From contig JAHCRG010000016.1 in NCBI GenBank assembly GCA_020148045.1, forward strand, positions 68-64,067: 64,000 nucleotides of DNA, in the 5' to 3' direction. Positions 53,183-62,016 of the stretch are shown in pieces; within the stretch, counting starts at the first letter, position 1, and the number at the start of each line of letters is the position of its first letter. This DNA comes from Patescibacteria group bacterium (GTDB taxonomy: Bacteria > Patescibacteriota > Minisyncoccia > Minisyncoccales > GWA2-38-27). The translations under genes and the position numbers were made by a program. The notes beneath the pieces were generated by a model. The model saw only the letters and a list, made by a program, of their open reading frames with translations, was not told where the DNA came from and did not search any database.

Positions 53183-56100
53183 ATGAGGACTAAACCAATA
53201 ACAGTTATTTTGGTGAGTGTAGTAGCACTATTGATAACAGTGTCTGTGTTGGCTAATGAGGAGCTACCAGAATTAGAACCATTAATGCCAGGAAGAATAG
53301 AGGGAAGTGGTATCTATTTTAAAATTGAAGATAGCGAATACCTTAACCTTGTTCTAAAAAGCAACGAGGAAATAAAAGTAGTTTTAGAGTCAATTCCAAG
53401 AATGATAAGTCTGGAGATTGAAGCTACCTTTTCTGCTTCTTCCACTCTCTTAACTATCGAGGGGTTAGAACCAAACAAAACCTATTATAAATATCAAGAC
53501 AGCTACAAAAACGAAGCTGTTTTTATTTCGTCTGAAAATGGAAGTTATAGCTGGACCCAAGATTTAACCAAATCCCATCACATCTGGATTCAAGAAGGAA
53601 GAGGAACAATATTTATTAATACAGATACTATATTAACTTCTGATTTGAGTGAGAGCGTAGAAATAACTGCTGACAATATTAGTTTGGATTGTAATGGTCA
53701 TAGTATAACTGGTTCCAGCACAGGGTACGGAGTTTATTTGAACAATAGAAAAGGCGTTACCATTAAAAATTGTAATCTTACCAATTTCTCTTATGGCATT
53801 TTTTTATACTCCTCTTTGAATATTGAGATTGATAAAAACGATATATCAAATGCAAGGTATGGCATAAGACTTGATTATTCCCCAAATAACAAATTAACCA
53901 ATAATATTGCCAGTTCAAATATTTATAGCGGAATATGTTTGATGCGCTCAGGTGATAACATCTTAATTGACAATACGGCTAACTTAAATAAAAAACATGG
54001 AATATTCTTGTGGGAAGATTCTTCTCATGAATATACTAATGATAATACCTTAACCAATAATACCGTAAACTCCAATGATGACTATGGAATATTTTTGTAC
54101 AACTCTTGCAACAATACTCTCACAAACAATAAAGTTGCTAATAATAATCATGGATTAGTAGTAGATTCAGCTTCTTATAATAATACATTAACCGGTAACT
54201 TAGTAAGCTCAAATAATTATGGGATATGGTTGCTTAGAGGTGCACGGAACAATACCTTAACTAATAACACAGCTTCTGATAACCATTATTATGGCATCTA
54301 CTTATGGTGGCGCATTTCAAACAGTCAGATTAACAACAACATATTATCGAATAACGGAGTTGGCATCTACCTGGGTAATTCCTCGGACAACAGTATCTAT
54401 CACAATAATTTTATAAATAATTGGCACCATCAAGCTATTATTGATCATCGGGGTGTTAATAACCTTTTTGACGATGGCTACCCATCTGGAGGGAATTACT
54501 GGTCAGATTATATTGGAGTAGATTTATACTCGGGTCCAAATCAAGACGAGCCCGGAGGCGATGGAATGGGTGATAGTCTTTATACTTTCCTTGGTGGAGA
54601 AGATAGATATCCGTTTATGGAGGAGAGTGGATGGGGGGTGCCTCCGGTTCCAAGTTACAATGTTGCTGTGATTTTAGCTGAACCGAATAATATTAGTCAT
54701 GATTCTTCATCGACTTCCGCTCAACCCTGTAAACTTCTTCCTGAGAAAACTTATCCAAATGGTCGTAGTAAAGAGTATTACCAAGACTTAGTTTATTGCG
54801 TTGCCGATTATAACAAAGAAAATTCTTTTGAAACAATCGATTTAGATTTTGAGATTTTTGATGATAATGGTAATTGGTTTAAAACAGATAAAAATGAACA
54901 AGATTATTTGGGCAAAGAACATGAATTTGTTGCCGAAGCTATAGATTTAGCAACGGATAAAGGCGTTGATTTATCTGATAAGGATATAATTATTGTTATT
55001 CATTCAGGGGAAGCTGCTAGAACAAAAGAAGATATAGGCAAAAAACTGATTACCATGACTTGGGGGCTTATATCTCAACCATTAGAATATCCTCCTTATA
55101 AAATTATAGTTGCTGAAGATGATTTTGTTGGAGCTTGGGCTCACGAAATTGGACATATTATTGGAGCATTAATAACACCCCAAAACACAATAACACCCGA
55201 CCTTTATAAAATGGGAAACGTGGGGAAATGGGATGTTATGGCTATGGGCTCTCGGAATGATGATGGAAAGAACCCGCCGTATATGAGCTCTTATACAAAA
55301 GAATTTCTCCAATGGTTAAATTATGATATTCATCCCAAATCTGCTTATGGTGAATACTGGATAAATTCTTTAGAAACAAGTAAGTCCGGAGATGGTGTTT
55401 TTAGATATAATTTAAGCGATGATACAGATGATCTTTCGCCAAAATATTATATTTTAGAAGGACGAAACAGAAACTTAGAAACTTGGGACTCTTCTTTACC
55501 AGAAGAAAAAGCACTTGTTCTTTATAAAGTTGATACCAGAAATTATCCAGAATATGGCTATGCCCCAGATGGTGTAATGAATAATCAGTATCGAACGATT
55601 GATATTCCATTTTTTGATAGTATTTTAACCCCTGATGGAGATTCACATTTAGACATGAGAAATCTCGTCTACATTACCGCCCTTTCAGATGAACAAACAG
55701 CCGAGATATATAGAATCAAATCAAAAATAGAAAAAGTAGATTATGATTTCTTTGAAGATAGATTTCGTGGTGTTATTTTAGAACCATCTTCTCAATTTTA
55801 TCAAAAGATTATTCAATATCTTCCTTTTCATCATTATCCATTTAGATTCGAACTTGAATACCGAAAAGCTTTTAGGGAACATGGGGCACTAATAGAACTA
55901 CCACATCCTGATGTGGCAAGGAAACAGATAATTGAGGAAATTTCAGTAATATTGGCTTCCTTTGTTTTATTAAATCTTTTATTGATTTTATTAAAAATAA
56001 AAGTTATTCCTCGTTTGAAATCAGAATCCCGAAAAAGAATAACACAAATTCTCTTAAGAATATTCTGGATTATTTGTATAGTTGTCTTTATTATTTTGCT

Positions 56101-57346
56101 TTATCTATACTTTTTTGAGATGCGTACCCTAGCGGATATTTTTGAATATATTATAGGAACCCCTGGAATAGAAACTTCCACTATTGTAGAGGATATAAAA
56201 GCACTAGAATGGGGGGTAGTAAATTTTTCTTTCGGGTTATTAATTCTTTTTATCCCATTAAGCCTTTCATTGCTATTTATAGATAAAGTAATTATTTCAA
56301 GATGGAAATTAGAAAGAGGAAGGGGGACAATAAAAACAATTTTTAGAATAGTATGGCTAATTACTTTAGTTGTTTTTATTATATTTATTATTTGTTTTGC
56401 CCTACCAAAAATATCTTTTAGTAGAGAAATAGAGGAGTCCAATACCAATACTAATATTATAAATCCACAACCGAAAGGTCTTTCTGCTCCATTACTACAA
56501 TCTGTTTTTCCCGATCTTGACCTTCATCTTTATTGTGAGGATGGTAAGCATATTGGAATGAATTATGAGACTGGAGAATATGAAATTCAGATATCTGGGG
56601 CGATGGTATCTGGCGATAATCAGGATGCACCAGAGTGGATATTTATTCCTGAAGATATAACTGGCTGTCATTTTGTAGTTTCCTCTTATGATAATCAAAA
56701 ATTCTTAGAGGAAAACCCAGAAATTGCTCAAGAAATAGAAGATACTACTGATGGTTATGATGTTTATGCTCGCTATATTGACCCTGCTACTGATATTTAC
56801 ACCTCAACTATTATTTCAGAAAATATCCAACCCGCTACAGAACTAGAACATCCAATTAGTGGTACTCACGATGTTACTATAGAGCCAGGAATTTTACTTG
56901 CTCGTGTTGATCTTGATCCCGATACCTTAAATCTAAAGAGCAAAGGAAAATGGCTAACAGTTTATATTGAGTTGCCAGTAGATTATGATGTCAATGATAT
57001 TAATTTAGAAAGCATTAAGTTAAACGGCCAAATTCCGATTGAAACAAAGCCAACTGAGATTAGTGATTACGATGGGAATGGTATACCTGATCTAATGGTC
57101 AAATTTGATCAATCAGCTGTTCAGGCTATTCTTGAAATAGGAGAAGAAGTAGAAATAGTAATTACCGGTGAGCTGATTGACGGAAGATTGTTTCAGGGTA
57201 GCGATATTATTAAAGTGATTTCAAAAGGTAATCAAAAAGAGGCTCTGGCTGTAGTAATTTTAGCTTGTTTTGCGGTAGGAGGATTGTTAGTTTATAGACG
57301 GAGATTTAGGAAAATAAATAGAGTTCTTAATGAAAAATCAGAATAA
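53183..57346 (+). CDS. 1387-aa polytopic surface protein: NosD-like parallel beta-helix, M6/InhA-like HExxH metalloprotease, 4-TM block, C-terminal ectodomain, C-terminal TM anchor
   Basis: N-terminal signal/anchor. About 12 N-rich PbH1-type repeats ending GNYWSDY...DGMGD..Y. HEIGH at 55142-55156 followed by GKWDVMAMG. Four hydrophobic helices (about 55930-56420) that look internally duplicated. DYDGNGIPD loop. Terminal TM helix plus RRRFRK. Confidence 0.7.
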   Translation: MRTKPITVILVSVVALLITVSVLANEELPELEPLMPGRIEGSGIYFKIEDSEYLNLVLKSNEEIKVVLESIPRMISLEIEATFSASSTLLTIEGLEPNKTYYKYQDSYKNEAVFISSENGSYSWTQDLTKSHHIWIQEGRGTIFINTDTILTSDLSESVEITADNISLDCNGHSITGSSTGYGVYLNNRKGVTIKNCNLTNFSYGIFLYSSLNIEIDKNDISNARYGIRLDYSPNNKLTNNIASSNIYSGICLMRSGDNILIDNTANLNKKHGIFLWEDSSHEYTNDNTLTNNTVNSNDDYGIFLYNSCNNTLTNNKVANNNHGLVVDSASYNNTLTGNLVSSNNYGIWLLRGARNNTLTNNTASDNHYYGIYLWWRISNSQINNNILSNNGVGIYLGNSSDNSIYHNNFINNWHHQAIIDHRGVNNLFDDGYPSGGNYWSDYIGVDLYSGPNQDEPGGDGMGDSLYTFLGGEDRYPFMEESGWGVPPVPSYNVAVILAEPNNISHDSSSTSAQPCKLLPEKTYPNGRSKEYYQDLVYCVADYNKENSFETIDLDFEIFDDNGNWFKTDKNEQDYLGKEHEFVAEAIDLATDKGVDLSDKDIIIVIHSGEAARTKEDIGKKLITMTWGLISQPLEYPPYKIIVAEDDFVGAWAHEIGHIIGALITPQNTITPDLYKMGNVGKWDVMAMGSRNDDGKNPPYMSSYTKEFLQWLNYDIHPKSAYGEYWINSLETSKSGDGVFRYNLSDDTDDLSPKYYILEGRNRNLETWDSSLPEEKALVLYKVDTRNYPEYGYAPDGVMNNQYRTIDIPFFDSILTPDGDSHLDMRNLVYITALSDEQTAEIYRIKSKIEKVDYDFFEDRFRGVILEPSSQFYQKIIQYLPFHHYPFRFELEYRKAFREHGALIELPHPDVARKQIIEEISVILASFVLLNLLLILLKIKVIPRLKSESRKRITQILLRIFWIICIVVFIILLYLYFFEMRTLADIFEYIIGTPGIETSTIVEDIKALEWGVVNFSFGLLILFIPLSLSLLFIDKVIISRWKLERGRGTIKTIFRIVWLITLVVFIIFIICFALPKISFSREIEESNTNTNIINPQPKGLSAPLLQSVFPDLDLHLYCEDGKHIGMNYETGEYEIQISGAMVSGDNQDAPEWIFIPEDITGCHFVVSSYDNQKFLEENPEIAQEIEDTTDGYDVYARYIDPATDIYTSTIISENIQPATELEHPISGTHDVTIEPGILLARVDLDPDTLNLKSKGKWLTVYIELPVDYDVNDINLESIKLNGQIPIETKPTEISDYDGNGIPDLMVKFDQSAVQAILEIGEEVEIVITGELIDGRLFQGSDIIKVISKGNQKEALAVVILACFAVGGLLVYRRRFRKINRVLNEKSE

Positions 57347-57370
57347 AAATTTGGAAATTAAGTTCCATTA

Positions 57371-57422
57371 AAAACCTAAAACCTGAAACTTTTAAATAAT
57401 ATGTTTTAAGTTTTGGAGTTTT
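57371..57422 (+). repeat. imperfect heptamer-word hairpin (AAAACCT units vs GTTTTAA/GTTTTGG units)
   Basis: Roughly 19 paired positions with 2 mismatches, 2 wobbles and 1 bulge. Lies downstream of the 1387-aa gene. Confidence 0.5.
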
Positions 57423-57528
57423 CCACACCCCTGTTTGATATAGATGTGCTACAATTTAAATAACGGTAACTAAAAAACCTAAAAGGTCGAAGGTTTAATA
57501 ATTAGCAAAGTAAAAAATTAAAATTAAA

Positions 57529-57921
57529 ATGACTAAAAAATATAGAGGATTTACTCTGATTGAATTATTAGTGGTAATTGCTATTATTGGAATTCTTGCC
57601 TCAATCGTTTTGGTTTCTTTAACTACTGCTAGATCCAGGGCTTATGACGCTGAAATAAAGAGTGAATTATCTCAAGTAAGAGCTGATGCAGAAATGTATT
57701 TCATTGATAATGACACATACGTAGCCTATAGTGTGCCAGGCACTTTACTTCCTCCAGATTGCAGTAACGACAGTCTCTATCAAGTTGGCACAAGTGCTAC
57801 AGCATATGCGGCTTGGGCTGGCTTATGTTCAACCACTGCAAACGATTGGTGTGTTGATTCTGCTGGAATGTCTAAAGAAGTAACTGGTGGGGTAACTGCT
57901 GGCGCAACTGTTTGTCCGTAA
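57529..57921 (+). CDS. pilA: type IV major pilin
   Basis: Class III signal MTKKYRG|FTLIELLVVIAIIGILA. C-terminal Cys pair. Followed by a terminator. Confidence 0.85.
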   Translation: MTKKYRGFTLIELLVVIAIIGILASIVLVSLTTARSRAYDAEIKSELSQVRADAEMYFIDNDTYVAYSVPGTLLPPDCSNDSLYQVGTSATAYAAWAGLCSTTANDWCVDSAGMSKEVTGGVTAGATVCP

Positions 57922-57941
57922 AGATATAAAATTTATTTAAT

Positions 57942-57973
57942 CAAAACCCGTTGTTAGCGGGTTTTGGTTTATT
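57942..57973 (+). terminator. terminator after the major pilin gene
   Basis: CAAAACCCG/CGGGTTTTG 9-bp stem followed by GTTTATT. Confidence 0.7.
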
Positions 57974-58022
57974 CACAGCTTATATTATTGGTATCTGAAT
58001 TTATTTCTGTTACAATAAATTA

Positions 58023-58445
58023 ATGAAATCCTTCACTTTAATTGAAGTATTAGTAGTGGTTACTATCATAGCATTACTCATTAGTATTAATTTGGTTGCT
58101 ATTGGCCATTATCAAGATAAGGCTAGGGACACAGCAATTGCAGCTGGTTTGAGCCAAGTAAGAAAAGTGGCAGCAATGATTTATACTGATGAAAATTCTT
58201 ATGAATTTATCTGTGCTGCGGACAACACTCTTAATGATAGCTATCCGGCTCTGAAAATGATTGAAGATGATGTTAATAAATTCACTGGTGAAAACCCTAC
58301 TTGTTATTCTGAAAGAACTGCTTATTGTGTTCAATCATCTTTACTTTCAGCTGGTGGAGGTTATTTCTGCATAGATTCTACTGGGTTTGCCGACAAGATA
58401 GATGGAGATTATTGTACAGGTACTAGTAAAAATTGCTCTCCCTAA
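58023..58445 (+). CDS. pilin-like protein with atypical MKS|FTLIE leader
   Basis: FTLIEVLVV N-terminal helix, but Ser rather than Gly at position -1. An in-frame stop at 57996-57998 precludes a longer leader. Confidence 0.6.
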   Translation: MKSFTLIEVLVVVTIIALLISINLVAIGHYQDKARDTAIAAGLSQVRKVAAMIYTDENSYEFICAADNTLNDSYPALKMIEDDVNKFTGENPTCYSERTAYCVQSSLLSAGGGYFCIDSTGFADKIDGDYCTGTSKNCSP

Positions 58446-58453
58446 AACTTATT

Positions 58454-59245
58454 ATGGGAATTTTTTTTTATCCGATTATTTTTATTTTTGGTTTAGCTGT
58501 AGGTAGTTTTTTGAATTGCGTGATTTACCGGCTTGCCTTTCCAAGGGGCAGGTCTTTTTGTCCCTATTGCAAACACATATTATCTTGGCAAGACCTGATT
58601 CCGGTTTTAAGCTTTTTTATTTTACGAGGCAAATGCCGTTATTGCCTGAAAAAAATATCCTGGCAGTATCCATTAGTGGAGTTAGCTACAGGAATTTTGT
58701 TTATCTTGATATTGAATTATGAATTAGGAATTATGAATTATGAATTTTTTGATTTTAGAACTATTCTTAATTCTTTATTCTTAATTCTTACTTCCTGTTT
58801 TTTAATAATAATTTTTGTTTATGACCTGAAACATTTTATCATCCCCGATAAAATAATCTACCCAGCAATCGTAATTACTTTTTTATATAATTTAATTCTT
58901 AATTCGCAATTCATAATTCATAATTCAATTTTCGCTGCCTTGGGCGCAGCTCTATTTTTTTTATTTATTGTTCTTGTATCCCGGGGTCGCTGGATGGGTC
59001 TCGGCGATGTTAAGTTAGCATTTTTTATTGGTCTTTTTCTTGGCTTCCCCGATATCTTAATTGCCCTATTTTTTGCTTTTCTAATTGGTGCTATAATAGG
59101 AGTAGGACTAATTTTAGCAAAAAGGAAGACCTTAAAAAGCGAAGTGCCCTTCGGACCATTTCTGGTAACCGGCACATTTATTGCTTTATTTTGGGGTCCA
59201 ACAATTATTGATTGGTATCTTAATTTTGTAACCTATAACCTATAA
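58454..59245 (+). CDS. pilD: prepilin peptidase (A24 family)
   Basis: N-terminal CxxC...CxxC. Two Asp motifs (VYDLKHFIIPD, GLGDVKL). Start moved to ATG 58454. Confidence 0.85.
   Translation: MGIFFYPIIFIFGLAVGSFLNCVIYRLAFPRGRSFCPYCKHILSWQDLIPVLSFFILRGKCRYCLKKISWQYPLVELATGILFILILNYELGIMNYEFFDFRTILNSLFLILTSCFLIIIFVYDLKHFIIPDKIIYPAIVITFLYNLILNSQFIIHNSIFAALGAALFFLFIVLVSRGRWMGLGDVKLAFFIGLFLGFPDILIALFFAFLIGAIIGVGLILAKRKTLKSEVPFGPFLVTGTFIALFWGPTIIDWYLNFVTYNL
58714..58746. repeat. heptamer-word arm (GAATTAT units) inside pilD, left arm
   Basis: GAATTAT GAATTAG GAATTAT GAATTAT GAATT. Complementary to 58894-58926 at 29 of 33 positions, plus one wobble. Confidence 0.8.
58894..58926. repeat. heptamer-word arm inside pilD, right arm
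   Basis: AATTCTT AATTCGC AATTCAT AATTCAT AATTC. Confidence 0.8.
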
Positions 59246-59251
59246 CTCATA

Positions 59252-59869
59252 ATGACTTGTTCCACGTTTCACTTAATTGCGAAGCAATTACAAGGAGCGA
59301 AGCGACTGGTTCGTGCTTCAAGTTTCAAGAAGAAGGGGTTTTCTCTAACTGAATTTCTGATAGTAATAAGCATTATTGGTATTTTTTCAGCAATAACTTT
59401 TCCTAATTATCGCTCCACTCAGCAGCAACTTATTCTTCAACGCTCAGCAAGTAAATTAGCCCAGAATATAAGGAAAGTTCAGGAGATGGCAATATCGGCA
59501 AAAGAGTGTCCTCCCTCAATCTGTGGAGGGCCGGGGTCAATAATTCCACCAGGATATGGAATTTATCTGAAAAAAGATGATTTAGATTATTTACTATATG
59601 CTGATGTCAATCCAGCAGCTGGAAATGAAAAATACGATTCTGGCAATGATAAAGTAGTAGAAACTATTCCCCTGGAAACAGGAGTAGAAATAAAGAGTGT
59701 TTCCCCGGCCTCTATGAGCATAAATTTTAAGCCACCTGACCCTGAAGTAAAAATATCTGGAACTGATACTGATGATGCCGCCGAGGCAGTAATTACTCTC
59801 GTCGTTGAAGGTACTTCATTTGAGAAAAAAATTATAGTTAATAAAGCAGGCCTAATTTATGTGGAATAA
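59252..59869 (+). CDS. minor pilin (FimT/GspH-like) with 29-aa leader
   Basis: KKKG|FSLTEFLIVISIIGI prepilin site. No in-frame ATG closer to the site. Confidence 0.65.
   Translation: MTCSTFHLIAKQLQGAKRLVRASSFKKKGFSLTEFLIVISIIGIFSAITFPNYRSTQQQLILQRSASKLAQNIRKVQEMAISAKECPPSICGGPGSIIPPGYGIYLKKDDLDYLLYADVNPAAGNEKYDSGNDKVVETIPLETGVEIKSVSPASMSINFKPPDPEVKISGTDTDDAAEAVITLVVEGTSFEKKIIVNKAGLIYVE
59259..59331 (+). repeat. 73-nt module shared by two minor-pilin 5' ends, copy 1
   Basis: 70 of 73 nt identical to 59911-59983. Contains two GCGAAGC mini-hairpin motifs and GTTTCAAGTTTCAAG words. Confidence 0.85.
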
Positions 59870-59910
59870 TAACTTAAAACTTTATTTTTATTCAAAGTTT
59901 CAGGTTTCAG

Positions 59911-59983
59911 GTTCCATGTTTCACTTAATTGCGAAGCAATTACAAGGAGCGAAGCGACTGATTCGTGTTTCAAGTTTCAAGAA
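59911..59983 (+). repeat. 73-nt module shared by two minor-pilin 5' ends, copy 2
   Basis: See copy 1. The remainders of the two genes are dissimilar. Confidence 0.85.
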
Positions 59984-60476
59984 AAGAGGATTCACTATTC
60001 TTGAAGTTATGATTGCTATTTTCGTTGTTACAATTGGAGTATTGGCTGCTCATACTGTGACCCAACAAATAATTTCTTATACTCATCGTTCTGCTTCCCG
60101 GCTTACTGCTATTTACCTTGACAAGGAGGGGATTGAAATTGTCAGGAATATAAGGGATACAAACTGGCTGGAAGAAGAATCCTGGAATTATGGTTTAGGA
60201 GCTGGAGATCGGGAAGCTGATTATACGAATGATCAGAATTTGTATGTTTGTTCTTCTCCTTGTGATCCTGATAATAATCTTAGATTTCTTAAGCTTGGGG
60301 CGGGTGGATTTTATAACTATTCCTCTGGAGTTGATACGAAATTTAAAAGAAAAATTACAATTACACCTGTTGGCAATACCTTGGAAGTTTCTGTTGAAGT
60401 ATGGTGGGAATATAAAGGTGACACTTATGGACCGATTAAAGCTCAAGAAAATTTATATGATTGGTATCCAGAATAA
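59916..60476 (+). CDS. minor pilin (PilV-like) with 25-aa leader
   Basis: KKRG|FTILEVMIAIFVV. Start taken at ATG 59916. Confidence 0.65.
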   Translation: MFHLIAKQLQGAKRLIRVSSFKKRGFTILEVMIAIFVVTIGVLAAHTVTQQIISYTHRSASRLTAIYLDKEGIEIVRNIRDTNWLEEESWNYGLGAGDREADYTNDQNLYVCSSPCDPDNNLRFLKLGAGGFYNYSSGVDTKFKRKITITPVGNTLEVSVEVWWEYKGDTYGPIKAQENLYDWYPE

Positions 60477-60492
60477 CAATCATCTAAACATT

Positions 60493-60543
60493 ATGTTTAA
60501 ATGTTAGAATGTTAAAATGAGGAAATGTTTAAATGTTAAAATG
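60493..60543 (+). repeat. octamer array: seven ATGs exactly 8 nt apart
   Basis: ATG at 60493, 60501, 60509, 60517, 60525, 60533, 60541. The last is the MNRG|F prepilin start. Confidence 0.85.
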
Positions 60544-61059
60544 AATAGGGGTTTTACCTTAGTAGAGATGATGGTTACTGTGCTTATCTTTTCTATAGTT
60601 ATCGGAACTGTTATCGGGGTTTTTGTCTCAGCTCTTCAAATACAAAGATATAATTTAGCTTATCAACAACTTTTGGACCAGACCAGCTATGCCATGGAAT
60701 ATATGAGCCGGGCAATAAGAATGGCAGTCAAAGATGAGGGTGTAGGTTGTATAAGCTCAGGATTAAATTATCAGAGTGATGCCTCAGGAATAAAATTTGT
60801 AAATTATAAAAGCCAATGTCAAGAGTTTTTATTGGAAGGCGGTCAGCTAAAAGTAGAATTTGATTCAGGAGGTAAAATTCCTCTAACCTCAGATGATTTT
60901 AATGTAACTTCTCTTAGTTTTGGAATTTCTGGCGAATCAGACGAAGATAATCTTCAGCCAAGAGTAACAACCTTTATGGAAATACAAGGGAAGGGCTCGA
61001 AACTTCAGCCAAAAGTAACCATTCAAACTACTATTTCCCAAAGAAACCTTGATTTTTGA
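60541..61059 (+). CDS. minor pilin (PilW-like)
   Basis: MNRG|FTLVEMMVTVLI. The alternative in-frame ATG at 60517 is part of an ATG-octamer array. Confidence 0.65.
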   Translation: MNRGFTLVEMMVTVLIFSIVIGTVIGVFVSALQIQRYNLAYQQLLDQTSYAMEYMSRAIRMAVKDEGVGCISSGLNYQSDASGIKFVNYKSQCQEFLLEGGQLKVEFDSGGKIPLTSDDFNVTSLSFGISGESDEDNLQPRVTTFMEIQGKGSKLQPKVTIQTTISQRNLDF

Positions 61060-61115
61060 CATTGTGGAAAACCCCTTTATTATTATTTTTAAAAATGGTA
61101 AAGTAATGTAGTAGT

Positions 61116-61409
61116 ATGATACCTGAGAAAATAGATAAAAAATCTCTTTTATACTTTATAATTTTTGTAATAACTATCCTTGTTTTTGTTGGCTTTTTCT
61201 ATTATCTTTCTCAAATACTGGAAATGGAAGAAGGGAGGGAGCCGATTAAAGAGGAAAGAATTACCGAAGAGATTCTGAAGCAATTCGGAGCTCCTAATGT
61301 GGAAGGAAGAGAAATCCCAAAAGAAACTTTAAAACAATTCGAAGCTCCCAATGTGGAAGGAAAGGAAATTCCAGAGGAGATTTTAAGACAATTTGGAACT
61401 TCTGAATAA
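61116..61409 (+). CDS. small bitopic membrane protein with tandem 16-aa repeats
   Basis: One TM helix, then about 2.5 copies of E.LKQF.APNVEG.EIP. Confidence 0.4.
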   Translation: MIPEKIDKKSLLYFIIFVITILVFVGFFYYLSQILEMEEGREPIKEERITEEILKQFGAPNVEGREIPKETLKQFEAPNVEGKEIPEEILRQFGTSE

Positions 61410-61506
61410 ATATACCAACCTTTCAACATAAAAAAATAACTAAATTATCGAGGCGGGATCTCCATAACTAATATTATTGAGGTCCAACCTCAATAATTAT
61501 TAAAAT

Positions 61507-61950
61507 ATGAATAAAAAAATCTCTCCAAAATTAGTTGCTTTAATCTTTGCTATTTTAGTTATCTGTTTTGCGATAGGTTTTTATGTCTTTGCCTGGACAG
61601 AGCCGGAAGAAGGTCCTCCCGAAGAAAATGTCTTTGCTCCTTTGAATGTTAGCTCCAACGCCCAAGTTAAAGTTGGTGGTTTAATTCTTAATACCGGCGG
61701 ATTCTCTGTTGGTTTAGCTGTTGATCAGGGCAGCGTCGGCATCGGGACACTAACTCCGGCGGCTGGTTATAAGCTTGACGTAGAAGGAAAGATTCAGGCA
61801 ACCGCCTTTGATACAGGAGATATCACTTTCAGGAACCAGGAAACTAATCAGATACTCTGGAGAATGTTTGAAGATGAAGATGGATTATATCTAGAGAATG
61901 CAAAGACAGGGAAAGTTTACAAGTTTGTCTTAGAGGAATTATCAGAATAA
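61507..61950 (+). CDS. N-terminally anchored pilus-locus protein
   Basis: One TM helix, then WTEPEEGPPEENVFAPLNVS...QVKVGGL motif. Confidence 0.4.
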   Translation: MNKKISPKLVALIFAILVICFAIGFYVFAWTEPEEGPPEENVFAPLNVSSNAQVKVGGLILNTGGFSVGLAVDQGSVGIGTLTPAAGYKLDVEGKIQATAFDTGDITFRNQETNQILWRMFEDEDGLYLENAKTGKVYKFVLEELSE

Positions 61951-62016
61951 TTAAAAAAATAAGGTCAACTCTATTTTTTAAGGAAAAATAACAGGAACAG
62001 TTCCCGTTATATAAAT

